36,604 bases of DNA, taken from assembly GCF_001194135.2 (NCBI RefSeq), contig NC_068991.1, forward strand, positions 47,995,865 to 48,032,468, given 5' to 3'. Origin of the DNA: Octopus bimaculoides. Taxonomy: Eukaryota. The position numbers and the translations under genes were made by a program. Below the pieces are notes generated by a model. The model made no database searches, was not told the origin of the DNA, and saw only the letters and a list, made by a program, of their open reading frames with translations. Of this stretch, positions 22,364-34,631 are shown in pieces. Within the stretch, counting starts at the first letter, position 1. Each line of letters opens with the position of its first letter.

Positions 22364-22955
22364 AATGTAACGATTCTTTGGGACTTTCTAGTATGTACAG
22401 ACCAGACCATCAATGCAAATAAACCAGATATTGTTGTGAAAGATCAAAACAATAAAGTCTGTTTAATGATTGACATGAGCATACCTTGTGACCATAATAT
22501 CTTGGCAAAAGAATTTGGTAAGTTCAGAAAAATTAAAGATTTGGTAATCGAAATCGAAAAGATGTAGCATCTTAAGAAGGTTACAATACCAGTGATTGTA
22601 GGAGCAACTGGAATGGTCAAAAAAGGAACTGAAAATTATTTAAGAATAATTTCTGGCTTACCCTCCATGCATGAAGTGCAAAAGATTATCTTAATTGGTA
22701 CGTCACAACTACAGAGAAGAGCATTGTCGATGTGAATTTTCTTTCCCTTTTTCCCTTTTATTTCCTTTGTTTACTTTTTAATTTTTAATTTTTTCCTTTT
22801 TCTTTCTGTCGTTCTTCCCCCTTTTCTCTATTACACGACTTTGTAAATGAACAGTCTGGTGTGTATATTTTAATGTCCTACCAATGTAGACTGTGCATTT
22901 CTCTGCCCTAGCTGCCAGGAAGACACTAAGCAAGAAATGGAAAGAGAACTGAAAG
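22364..22955 (+). mobile_element. R4-clade LINE 3' fragment (endonuclease PD..D motif plus 3' UTR)
   Basis: NVTILWDFLVCTDQTINANKPDIVVKDQNNKVCLMIDMSIP...TIPVIVGATG...VQKIILIGTSQLQRRALSM* (stop at 22733-22735). The UTR ends gaaatggaaagagaactgaaagatgataat. Confidence 0.92.
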
Positions 22956-22999
22956 ATGATAATGATCATAGCAACAACAACAACAACAACAACAACATT

Positions 23000-23043
<44 letters not shown>

Positions 23044-23072
23044 TGATGATGATGATGATTATGGTGATGATG

Positions 23073-23495
23073 CAGTACCAGGCAGTTGCTCTCATGGTTT
23101 CTGATCTTAACTGATTGGAAGTGTTATCATGTACATTGTTTTGTCTTGGTATAAAAGATGGTCTATTCTGCTCAATACCACAGATTTGCTTGTCAGTTGC
23201 TTGACCATAACCAGTTGAGCATGTCCCTTAGTAGCTGACGATATGTGCATCTCTGATCATGAGCAGAAGTAGTAAGGGAGCATCATAGCCATGTGTTGAG
23301 AGGAATTCTTTGGGGTTTGGATAATTCACCTTTGGAAACATGGTTATTTTGTTCAACATCCTTGAACAATCCTTATTCAGGGACCTTTTGAGCGGGATAG
23401 GCTACTCAACCTGAAGAAAATTCTAAGTGGGTCCTACTTGCAAGGTCATAACAGCTGACACTGTAGTACATTTCCAGCGTAAGATGCTTTGCAAA

Positions 23496-23497
<2 letters not shown>
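23073..23497. mobile_element. Unclassified interspersed repeat between (GAT)n and (AAT)n arrays
   Basis: A partial second copy lies at 18978-19015. I recognise it as a recurrent cephalopod repeat but cannot assign the family. Confidence 0.55.
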
Positions 23498-23557
<60 letters not shown>

Positions 23558-23558
23558 T

Positions 23559-23715
23559 AAACCTTTCTACTATGATAAACCTTTCTACTATAGGCACAAA
23601 GTCTGAAAATTTTGGGAAGAGGTAAAGTCGATCACATCGACCCAAATATTTGACTGGTACTTAATTTATTAACCTTGAAAGTTGACCTCGGCGAAATTAG
23701 TAATGATGATGACAC

Positions 23716-23774
<59 letters not shown>

Positions 23775-23777
23775 TTG

Positions 23778-23839
<62 letters not shown>

Positions 23840-23872
23840 CTTTTCTACATATAGGCACAATATAACAACAAC

Positions 23873-23907
<35 letters not shown>

Positions 23908-24455
23908 CAATTATAATAGCTTTTGATTTCGGTATTAGATCAGCAATTTTGAGAGAGAGGAGCTTAGGCAATACTGTCCACTCTGAAACTTGATTGGTAC
24001 TTGATTTTATCCACCTCAGAAGGATGAAAGTAAATTTGATAATAACAAAAATGGTTCTTAATTTAATCACTAGGTCAGTAGTTTTGGGAGGAAAGGGTTA
24101 GTCGAGGCCCTCGATAACAGTACTTGACTGGCACCTTATTTTATCGATTCTTGAGGGATGAAAAGTAAGATTGATCTTTTTGAGAGAAATATCACAAGGC
24201 ATTTTTCCGAAGCTCTAACAATTCTACTAACTCATTGCCCTTATCATAATAATTCTTTCTATTATAAGCATAAGGCCTGAAATTTTATGGGGAGAGGCTA
24301 GTCGATTATATCGACCCCAGTACTCGACTAGTACTAATCTTAACGACCACGAAGGACTGAAAGGCAAAGCCGACCTCGGCGGAAATTAAACTCAGAACGT
24401 GAAGACGAACAAAATGCTGCTAAGCATTTTCCTGGCGGACTAACGATTCTGCCAG
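23559..24455 (-). mobile_element. Cluster of about 4-5 SINE-A copies or fragments interleaved with (AAT)n
   Basis: Copies start near 23559, 23840/23930, 24070 and 24251, each with ggcacaa/tcgatta/ctggtactt/gatgaaag motifs. Confidence 0.85.
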
Positions 24456-24479
24456 AAATGGAAACAAAATTGAAAGAAG

Positions 24480-24543
<64 letters not shown>

Positions 24544-24551
24544 TAATAATG

Positions 24552-24605
<54 letters not shown>

Positions 24606-24608
<3 letters not shown>

Positions 24609-25960
24609 GGTGGACGTTATTCCTCATGTCCCGCAAATAAAATTAAAAAAAGCATAAATAGACACTTGAGGAATATATTTCAATCCTACACGCTTATTTT
24701 AAAGCAGTGCTCTACCCACAGCACGAAAATACAACAACAAATACATATAAAATCTGGAAGAAAAATAACCTAGATAAAGATCTGGTTACAGCAATGAACC
24801 CTAATAAACTAGCTAACATACGAAGATATATTATTCTCAAAAAAAAAAAAAAAATCAGAAATAGAACACTTAAAAGGAAAAAAAATACATCGGGAAAACG
24901 TAGATAGTAACCACACAGCAATCCCAAATAATATCATAAGCACTGGGACTGTAAAATACGAAGACAGACGTAACATTTCCAACAAAAACGCAGTAAACAA
25001 CGAAAGACAACAAACTCAGACCATAGGAATGTATAATGATGAGCAAAATGTTCCAAACCAGAACACCCCAGACAAAAATATGAACGGGAAGGAATACGAA
25101 GCAAATCTAAAACATGGAAACAGCCATCCTCATTAGAAGAGGAATATTCCAAGGAGACACGTTGTCTCCACTCCTTTTCTGCTTGGCACTGACACCTTTA
25201 TATGACAAGCTAAACAGAAATGGATGTGGATACAACTGTCACGGCAAAGCAATCAGCCATCTGTTGTATATGGATGATCTAAAACTGTACGCTACAAATG
25301 ATAAACAGCTGAAAACGTTACTACAGACAATACATGGATTTACCAAAGAAATAAACATGAAATTTGGCTTAGAGAAATGTGCCGAAGTAACCTTGAAAAG
25401 AGGAAAACTAGTCAAGAGTAGCAACATCACACTAGATAAAGCAAATGAAATAAGAGAGTTAGACCAAAGCCAGATATACAAATACTTAGGAATCAATGAA
25501 CTAGATACGATACAAGACACACAAATGAAAAAGAAGACATAAAAGGAATACTATAGACGAGTTAGATTAATACTGAAAACAGAGCTCAATGCAAAAAACA
25601 AGATAATAGGTATCAACACTCTAGCCGTCTCAGTTATAAGTTACAGTTACAATATTCTTAACTGGACTCTAAATGAACTAATCAAAATAGACAAGAAAAC
25701 AAGAAAAATAACAACAGGATTTAGGATGCACCGTTGGTAAAAGGTTGAAATGCATGGCTTGGGAAGGTAGGAATTACCATCAGGATGGGATTGTCGCAGA
25801 AAACAGCTTTGTTGGGAACAGCAAGGATCCTAAAGAAGGTGTTAGAAAGCTGAAGAAGGAATGACCCAAGGGAACCTTTGACCATTGGATATGGCTCGCA
25901 ATTTTAGTATTGTGTCGGTATAATATCTAGCGGAGCAAAAGCGACACATAAAATTATAAT
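24606..25960 (+). mobile_element. Mosaic R4/Dong-clade element: ORF N-terminus, RT core and a 3' end, with large internal deletions
   Basis: N-terminus: KHK*TLEEY..AYFKAVLYPQHENTTTNTYKIWKKNN..AMNPNKLANIRRYII. RT: IRRGIFQGDTLSPLLFCLAL...YMDDLKLY...YKYLGINE...KTELNAKNKIIGINTLAVSVISYS...GFRMH (to about 25732). C-terminus: GITIRMGLSQKTALLGTARILKKVLES* (stop at 25851-25853). Confidence 0.9.
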
Positions 25961-27612
25961 AATATTAATAACGTCAACTTCAATTTGCTTATGATGGTAA
26001 GTTTTGGATGAAATCTTTCCGACAGTAGTAACCTGTTGATAACACGAAGCAAAAGATACAAAACTACCAAGACGTTTAATTCAATTAAGCGGATAACGCT
26101 TAATTTAGTTTAACCCTTCGTGGCCGGCGGGGTTGGAATGACACAAAAGCCCATTGAGATCCTGAGGGACCCCCTCTTATTTTTGTGCATTTCCGCACTA
26201 TCCATAAAATAATATTTGTTTAATCTTGCATATATGTGTGAGTGCATGATACAGAACAAGAAATTTCGCACTTTACAGAAATATATTTGTAATTATTAGC
26301 GTTTAATGGAGGGGGAATTGAAATATAATTTATTGACCGAAAAAATAACCTTTACTGAAAGAAATCAACATTTTTTATAGTTTTATAAACTATACATATA
26401 GCACTAAATATAAAATAAAACAAAAATATTTAGTATATCGGTTCATAACGGTAGAAATACGAAGAAAATTGATTTGGAGTTCATCAGAATATCTGAAAAA
26501 AGAACAGAAAAAAAATGCACAGAAAGCCAATGGAGTCCAGTTGGACCTCAATTACCTTATTTTATGCTTTAACATCCATATGACTGGACATTTTTAACAC
26601 AAAATTTGTATGTGCATACATAAACTATTGACAATAAAAGTAATGAGGTATAAAAATTATTTAAACAAAAAATGTAAAACTTGCATACCTTTTAAAATTT
26701 GCTGTGGTGCCAAGCGACCTCACCAGCCCACGAAGGGTGAATTATGGAGTTCAAATACCACTCATCTTGAGAACAATAATCGGTTCATAACGTTATCATT
26801 GATCATGAACAAAAAAAAAAAAAAGGTTGCTCTACACGTATATGCAGAAATTCCGCCGGTCACGCTGGCCAAACTTAGCACACCAGTAGCCACACCCCAC
26901 CTCACTTCACTACTCTTTTACAAAAACCAATACCACCGTCACCATCGCCACCACAACCGCCGCTACAAATGCCGCCGTTTCTCCATATGTTTCTTTTAGT
27001 AGCCAGGGGTGTTTTTGTTTTAATCTCTGTAGTCATTACAGAGTTTGGGAAGCGGATTACTCGAAAAATCCGAAGCTTTGAAAACCAGTTNNNNNNNNNN
27101 NNNNNNNNNNNNNNNNNNNNNNNNNNNNNNNNNNNNNNNNNNNNNNNNNNNNNNNNNNNNNNNNNNNNNNNNNNNNNNNNNNNNNNNNNNNNNNNNNNNN
27201 NNNNNNNNNNNNNNNNNNNNNNNNNNNNNNNNNNNNNNNNNNNNNNNNNNNNNNNNNNNNNNNNNNNNNNNNNNNNNNNNNNNNNNNNNNNNNNNNNNNN
27301 NNNNNNNNNNNNNNNNNNNNNNNNNNNNNNNNNNNNNNNNNNNNNNNNNNNNNNNNNNNNNNNNNNNNNNNNNNNNNNNNNNNNNNNNNNNNNNNNNNNN
27401 NNNNNNNNNNNNNNNNNNNNNNNNNNNNNNNNNNNNNNNNNNNNNNNNNNNNNNNNNNNNNNNNNNNNNNNNNNNNNNNNNNNNNNNNNNNNNNNNNNNN
27501 NNNNNNNNNNNNNNNNNNNNNNNNNNNNNNNNNNNNNNNNNNNNNNNNNNNNNNNNNNNNNNNNNNNNNNNNNNNNNNNNNNNNNNNNNNNNNNNTATAT
27601 ATATATATATAT

Positions 27613-27647
<35 letters not shown>

Positions 27648-29699
27648 TGCGAGTGCAAGTGTTTGAGTGAGTTTGTATGATTGCGTCTATTAAATTAATT
27701 ATCATTGTTTTTATTCCTTACTTCCGTCCTCTCGTTAACCTGCAGGTGTCTTAGATAATAGGCACAATTTAACATCTAATAATGGTTGTTTGTCCATCCA
27801 GACGTACATAAAAGGAAATACAATTACAGCCTAATTGCATACACAAAGACCACACTAATATAGAATACAATGCAGTGAGTTATTGGGTGGGCGGGACAAC
27901 CAGAGACCTCTGCCGTATGAAAATTTAATAGTAAAATGGGCGATAGCGTACTTGAGGCAGTACACTGAAAAATTAATTTATTTTTAATTAAAATTTCAGT
28001 GTCCTATTTTTTCTATTTTTACCACAAATTTAACATTTACGTAATGATGTGTTTTCTTCATTGTGTAATTTTAATTAATTAGGTATTTTGTAATTAATTA
28101 AAATTTCTTGGTTCACTACATATTGTGATGCTAGTGTCCACTTTAATACACATACTCATATTTTAAAGAGAATATAAAATGGTGTGTTCGTTCATCCATA
28201 CGCAACGGTTGTACCAAACATAATTAAAAAATGGGCATTAATTGACAGAGGTCATTCAAATTGCACAGGATGGTAGAGTGAACAAGGGAGATTAGGAAAT
28301 AAGAAAGAGACAAACAAGTAAATAAAATATGAAGTTAGATAAGTAAAATATGTGCTGTTGAAGAAGCGTCGGAATATGAAACGAAAGTATAAGACTCAAA
28401 GAATGTGTACAATGAATATAAATGTGTATAATGAAACCAATTAAGCCGAATGAAAAGGACCGGAAATGATCTAACGTTTTGGGTTATACACTTCACCAAA
28501 GAGAAATAAAAGGAATAAGCGTTGTAGAAGAAAAAGAACAGAGCGATATAGATTTTCGACCACTGTTTACATGGCAAGCTTGGTACAAAAAGGAAGTTGA
28601 AGAGTGTAATATAAGGACCGGAAATGGGGACACCACCTTGGTCATAGTGACAATAAGTGGGAACTAGAGCAGCTGCTGCACAGACGCAAACATAACTAAA
28701 GGAAGTTTATTTAGCTGATTGGCAACGATTCATTCATTAATATGCTTCAACCAGTGAATTAAAGACAGCAGTTTCTTATTCCTACATCTTTATTTCATCA
28801 TGCATCTTCAGTCCCCCGTTCCCCCAAACTATTTATCTACATTTTTCTTCTTGATTCAACCATCTTTCTCTGTCTGTCTGTCTGTCTGTCAGTCTGACTA
28901 TCTATCTATCTATCTTTCCTTTCTTATTGTATTTTATTCCGCAGATCCCAGTCACCCACCTACAGTAATGCATCATTCTGGAACACCCTTTTCACGTTTT
29001 TCATCTATATTTCTACCTACAAGATAATTATCTCATCCCATCGACTTCACCACTCCACAAGAATTTGAAAAATTCGTAGACATTTCCATTTCTGTGACAA
29101 TAATGTTAACATTTATCGTTGGTGGTGGTACATAACACTGCAGCAGAAATCAGAAAACAAAATAAAACAAAACATAAAACAATAAGATATTTTAGAGTTC
29201 TGACGCTGCACACAATCACTCATCCACATTAACGTGACGCTATAGATATGGGGCTCTAAGATGAAATCTGAACTGATACTTGTGATTTTTCTGCTTCTCA
29301 GATACAGAGATATCACAGGTTAACAGTCATAATACGTTCTTGTTTTCACTTTAGGATGAATTCTCGTCGGAAACATCGAATGCAGAAGGGATGATATCAT
29401 GTAATGTTGAACATTGGCAGAATTATTCCCTACAATTAACACAAAATGGATGATGATTTTTAAATATTTATATATCGCATTTGAGAAAGGAAAGAGACAT
29501 AAACACAGATATAACCGATAATGCAAAACCCAGTTAGTCACGGGTAAGTGGTTGCATTCTCGTAAAGAGATTGTTACGCTCTTTTGATCATAAACACGCA
29601 TGTACACATACACACATACACCTATCTACGCACATACACATTCCCGCTCATATACACACACATTCATTTTCACACGCATGCACGCATAACCATTCAATA

Positions 29700-30235
29700 A
29701 TCGACCTGCCTCTGGGTAGTAGTAGACCTTTCACTAAGTTTAACGCTACCACCTGGCATTTTAGGTGACATAAATTCTATTGCTTACATTCGGATTAAGC
29801 TTCTGATTTGAAAACGACTTCCGTCCTTCCCACCAATAATCTAAGAGGTCCTGTAGAGGGTCATGGGCACTGATTTCCTTCTAACTAAAAGGTAGTAAAA
29901 TAAAAGACGATCTTGTGAACTGTTTAGATTTACCTAGTTCTTTTAACTTCTAAATGAGTCTAGTCACGTTAAATTTCCCTTATCAATGCATTCACAAGAT
30001 GAGCTGAATTTAACCTTACAATTTGTCCAACCACAGTTGTTCCTACCCACTTGCACTTTTTTTAACAATTAAGTGAACTTAAGTGTCTTACCCCATAAAG
30101 GACAGACTACCGTCGAAAGGATGCGACCAGACGACTTACTGATTGATTGTTCGGTCTCCTATTCACTCACTCTGCCCTTATATATTTTCCTCCTCCTCTC
30201 ATGCACACTAAACACATGCACACAATATATGTATG
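29700..30235 (+). repeat. About 0.5-kb unclassified dispersed repeat, copy 1
   Basis: Colinear with 34632-35232 through shared blocks such as tttaacgctaccacctg, tgcactgatttcc, acttctaaatgag, ttgttcctacccacttg, acaattaagtgaa, gaaaggatgc and tactgattgattg. Confidence 0.85.
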
Positions 30236-30245
30236 AATACATACA

Positions 30246-30278
<33 letters not shown>

Positions 30279-30984
30279 NNNNNNNNNNNNNNNNNNNNNN
30301 NNNNNNNNNNNNNNNNNNNNNNNNNNNNNNNNNNNNNNNNNNNNNNNNNNNNNNNNNNNNNNNNNNNNNNNNNNNNNNNNNNNNNNNNNNNNNNNNNNNN
30401 NNNNNNNNNNNNNNNNNNNNNNNNNNNNNNNNNNNNNNNNNNNNNNNNNNNNNNNNNNNNNNNNNNNNNNNNNNNNNNNNNNNNNNNNNNNNNNNNNNNN
30501 NNNNNNNNNNNNNNNNNNNNNNNNNNNNNNNNNNNNNNNNNNNNNNNNNNNNNNNNNNNNNNNNNNNNNNNNNNNNNNNNNNNNNNNNNNNNNNNNNNNN
30601 NNNNNNNNNNNNNNNNNNNNNNNNNNNNNNNNNNNNNNNNNNNNNNNNNNNNNNNNNNNNNNNNNNNNNNCACAATTCATTACTCTGGGTTTCTCGTTTT
30701 CTATTTTCCGACGATTGTGAACAGTAGAACATATAAAAGATTTCTTTTAGAAGGCACAGTGGAAATATTTGAATGCATAGACAAGTTTTGATTCAGAAAG
30801 ATCAAAACGAAAGGATCTTATTCGTTGACCGTGTAACCATTATGTATAAAACAAATGGAAGAATGGGGTTGGAGATTTACTGACTTCGGAGAAGAAAAGG
30901 GAGGAAAGAAAGAAAGAGGAGTAGGTGAAGACGAAATACAAAAGAATCAGTATAAACTTATATGTTGAAAGTAATAAAAATATT

Positions 30985-31043
30985 GCGGTGCTCCACCATG
31001 GCCACAGACAAATGACTGAAACAAGAAAAAGAATAAAAGAATA
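30985..31043 (+). mobile_element. Isolated 3' tail of composite SINE
   Basis: gcggtgctccaccatggccacagacaaatgactgaaacaagaaaaagaataaaaga. Confidence 0.8.
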
Positions 31044-31044
31044 T

Positions 31045-31470
31045 AGCTGTACAGAATCCTTGCTTTTAGTTGTGTTACTGATAGGACTGTGGCTATACAG
31101 GTTTCCTGCCTTCACTGATTTTAGACATGGGACTGTAGCTATAAATTGTCTCCACCTTCAGTAGTTTCAGTCAGGTGCTAATGACAATTCAAGGTCACTA
31201 CCTTAAGTAGTTTCAGTTATAAGACTGTGGTTATACAGGTTCTCTACCTTAACTTGTTTGTGTCACATAGCAGTGATTATGCAGTGTCACAACCCTCACT
31301 GGTTTCAGTCTTATGATTGTGGCTATACAGAACAATCGATTTCAGTGGTTTCTCTCATATGACTTTGATTATACGAGGTCAATACCTGTGATCTTACAGG
31401 TTTTCCATCTCCATTGGTTTCATTTATAGGACTGTGGCTCTACAGACCACCGCTTTAAGTAATTTTAGGT
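31045..31470. repeat. Degenerate minisatellite, about 45-bp unit, about 9 copies
   Basis: Recurrent gactgtggctatacagg...ccttcagtggtttcagtcat, with units starting near 31084, 31129, 31222, 31314, 31360 and 31429. Confidence 0.75.
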
Positions 31471-32338
31471 CTGGAAAAGTTTACTTGACTAAAACAGTTT
31501 GGGTATATTAAGCACACCCAAAGAACTTGGGAGCCTTTTATTCAATGTCTCAGACTCTAGTCAAACCCTGATTAATGTGTCCTTCGACGCCCAAATCACT
31601 AATTAGTTATTTTAAACTAAGCCTAAAATTTTGTCTGACTATTTGCACCCCACAGTCAAAGAAGTCATAATGTTTGGGAAGTGAAAATTCCAAAAATGTC
31701 CCCAGTAGCAAAAATAGTATCTCATAAGACAAAATTGTTGCTTGGGGTACTTTGGACTTTGTCTTTACAAACTCTGTCATGATGCTCCCAGAGTGAGTCT
31801 GTCCCAGCGAGCGGAGAAAGGAACTGCAGTACAAGACTGATGATTGGCAGAGGGTCTACAGGGAGGTACCTATAAATGAGAAGGAGCCATCAGTTGGCTA
31901 ATTCCGTCTGATAGCTCTTCTCAGTATAGATAATAAAGTATTCTATGGAGTGCTGGCAAAAAGGATATCAAGGCCCCAGTAAAAATGAAAAAATGCCTTT
32001 AGGTTGTCTGACTCGGAAAGCATATATAGATTAGTTCTTCATGCGTGTATAAACAAACTTCTGCATTTTGATTTTGCATTCCAGAATGTTTGAGGAAAAT
32101 TTCTGCTGTGGTACTTTGGATCAATAGTTTTGAAGTTTACCATGAAACAGTTCTCCGCCAACTGACAGACACTAGTGATAGCCAACGTGATGGGGTTACC
32201 GTTCCTCTACTTCTCTTCATGATGGTTATAGGGTTGGCATTGAGTGAGGCAAGACGTTACTCGGAGAAAATGAAGATCGGATAGCTCTTGGAACTGCCAC
32301 AGGAGCTAGTTTTTATGGACGACATTACAGCCATTGTG

Positions 32339-32724
32339 TTGTTGTTGGCACTCCGCTGCTTACGACGTCGAGGGTTCCAGTTGATCCGATCAACGGAACA
32401 ACCTGATCGTGAAATTAACGTGCAAGTGGCTGAGCCCTCCACGGACACTTGTACCCTTAACGTAGTTCTCGGGGATATTCAGCGTGACATAGTGTGACAA
32501 GGCTGACCCTTTGAATTACAGGCACAGTAGAAACAGGAAGTAAGAGTGAGAGAAAGTTGTGGTGAAAGAGTACAGCAGGGTTCGCCACCATCCCCTTCCG
32601 GAGCCTCGTGGAGCTTTAGGTATTTTCGCTCAATAAACACTCACAACGCCCGGTCTGGGAATCGAAACCGCGATCCTATGACCGCGAGTCCGCTGCCCTA
32701 AACACTGGGCCATTGCGCCTCCAC
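32339..32724 (-). mobile_element. Full-length tRNA-derived SINE with (CAA)n tail inserted just after the FMDD motif
   Basis: The reverse-complement head is gtggaggcgcaatggcccagtgtttagggcagcggactcg...ggtttcgattccc. The TSD is acagccattgtg (32327-32338) / acaaccattgtg (32723-32734). Confidence 0.92.
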
Positions 32725-33671
32725 AACCATTGTGACAATAGAGAAAAAAGCAAACCTCTCATATTGCGATTGATTTAGTAATTCCAACAATGTAAACTAC
32801 CCATCAACCACCAAGTTTCCACCAATCCACAATGTGGCTTAATTTAAAGAATTATTTCATTTTGAGACTGAAGAGGAATTGAATCTAATAACCAAGGAGC
32901 AGGTGACTTAGAGCTTTGGCCGTATCTACACAGAACCATTAAGGAACCCTTAAAATAATGTAAAGATGGGTATCAGCACTGAGGTCAAGTTACAACAAAG
33001 ATTAACTGCCAATTCCAATTCCGATTTGGCCGGAACGTTTAAAATAGTGTTAATAAACACGGCCGTTTGTCAAGGTTCTTGTGGTTACATCAAATGCTTG
33101 AAATTAACAAGAGTGGAAAGCATTGACAATTGTGTTAGTAAGTTCATATGAAAATGACTCGGTTCCTCGCTATGCTTTACAGGAATTTAACTATTATAGT
33201 GCTACTACAAAAGTGCAACTGTCTGTAATGTTTCCGGTGGACGAGATTAAATTAGCAAAAGCTTATTGCCAAAAGAGCAGTGAATCTTGGTGGATTTCAT
33301 AGTTTTTGGTTCTCATGTTGACAAGAACATGTGGAAAACTGTTGTGGTGGCGGTAGAAGCCAATCTAGTGGGAAACGAAAGAGCTTTTTTGCTACAGAAT
33401 ACATGGATTGGAGTGAGAATACTGAACAAAGTGGATATCTTACCAGAATAACAAAAGCGAGATATTGAGAGAAAATAAATTGGTCATGTAGATGAGGAGA
33501 ATCGTGTGATTGTAGGATACAGGTTAGAAAGTCGATACATATTCGCAACATGAGAGACAGCTGAGCAAAGAAAACTACCGCGGATTATGTTGCTGAAAAA
33601 TGGAACCTACTCAGATACGATTCCTCCTGAGAGCGATATAGTTCCGTCCTCGGTCAATATTTGATGATGAC

Positions 33672-33800
33672 CCGCCGAGGTCGACTTTGCCTTTTATCCT
33701 TTCGGGGATGATAAATTAAGTGCCAGTTGCGTACTGAGGTCGATCCAATCGACTGGCCCCCTCCCACCAAATTTCGGACTTTGTGCCTAGAATAGAAAAG
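33672..33800 (+). mobile_element. 5'-truncated SINE family A with perfect 16-bp TSD
   Basis: ccgccgaggtcgactttgcc...ttgtgcctagaatagaaaag, flanked by aatatttgatgatgac at 33656-33671 and 33801-33816. Confidence 0.93.
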
Positions 33801-34631
33801 AATATTTGATGATGACACACTTGACTGCTACCAGTGTGGAGATTATACATCGTGGGAGCATGTTCTGACAGCATGCAAGTGAGAACTGAGGTATTAAGTA
33901 TCCTCGCTGATATACAAAAACAACGATGAGGTAGCGTCAATGAAATGACAGTGGAGGTCTGCACAATATTACATCTTGTATCCCTCATGGATGATGAGAA
34001 ATGATAACAACACAGAAGCGTAAAAAAATGGGAAAGCGGAAACATAAACTTTTGAATGGTGCTGCAAGGATTTTAAAGTACCATTCATATTTCCGAGCTA
34101 TATTGCGATATTGAAGCAGTACCTTGACTTTAGAGTATGGTTTGATTTGTTAAAAAGATCCTGATTGTTGAATTGACGGTGCCTCGGGTAAGTAATTCGG
34201 AGAGGACACAGCAAGGTAAAGGCTTAAAATGTAAAGGGACCTGAGAATCATGTGAAGCACGAGGTTGCCATGTATGATAGTTGAAGTATGAGTGGAATGC
34301 TGAAGGTTTGTAGCTGGGTTCAGTGTGTCCTGTCAGGCTGCCACTGAACTTGAGAAAGACTGCAGAGATGTGATTCAAGAAACGAAGCGGCAAGCAGGAA
34401 CTGTTCCATCACGAATATGGCAGAGCTATGTTAGTGAAAGACCATCATAAATAAAATAAAATATTTGATGCATGGCTGGAATGATTAGAGCTGTATCCGG
34501 TTTCGTATGGTGGGTGAATGGATGAGGGAGAGGAAAAGCATTGATACCTTATAGACAGAATGATCTTCGTTGATTGGCAAAACTGGAGGGGCGATACTGC
34601 AGACAGTTGCCGATATTATTGTCATCTCGAG

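Larger units (their letters stand above)
31480..34430 (+). mobile_element. Decayed HERO-like (RLE-type) non-LTR retrotransposon covering RT, CCHC and endonuclease, interrupted by two SINEs
   Basis: Ordered remnants: PTVKEV (about 31650), FRLIALLSIDNKVFYGVLAKR (about 31905), FTMKQFSAN*QTL..VMG..PLLLFMMVI (about 32135), FMDDITAI (32312), SFGRIYTEPL, LAGTFK, VESIDNCVSKFI*K*LG, TKVQL..VDEIKLAKA, MEPTQIRFLLRA, CYQCGDYTSWEHVLTAC, FPSYIA...LIVELTVP (about 34170). Confidence 0.8.

Noticed and set aside
26110-26200. TTAA-CCCT piggyBac-like terminus
   Set aside because: No matching opposite end or transposase remnant is visible.
27722-27775. Minus-strand AG|ATG...|GTAAGG segment encoding MLNCAYYLRHLQVNERTE
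   Set aside because: It lies upstream of the peptide exon, so it cannot supply the missing cysteines. The acceptor is weak and I recognise no homology.
29020-29110. SHPIDFT..FVDISI, faintly like a Penelope RT segment
   Set aside because: It is too short and degenerate to support without an alignment.
32640-32724. tRNA gene-like sequence (also 9561-9640)
   Set aside because: These are SINE heads: they have A/B boxes but continue into a SINE body and tail, with a TSD in one case.
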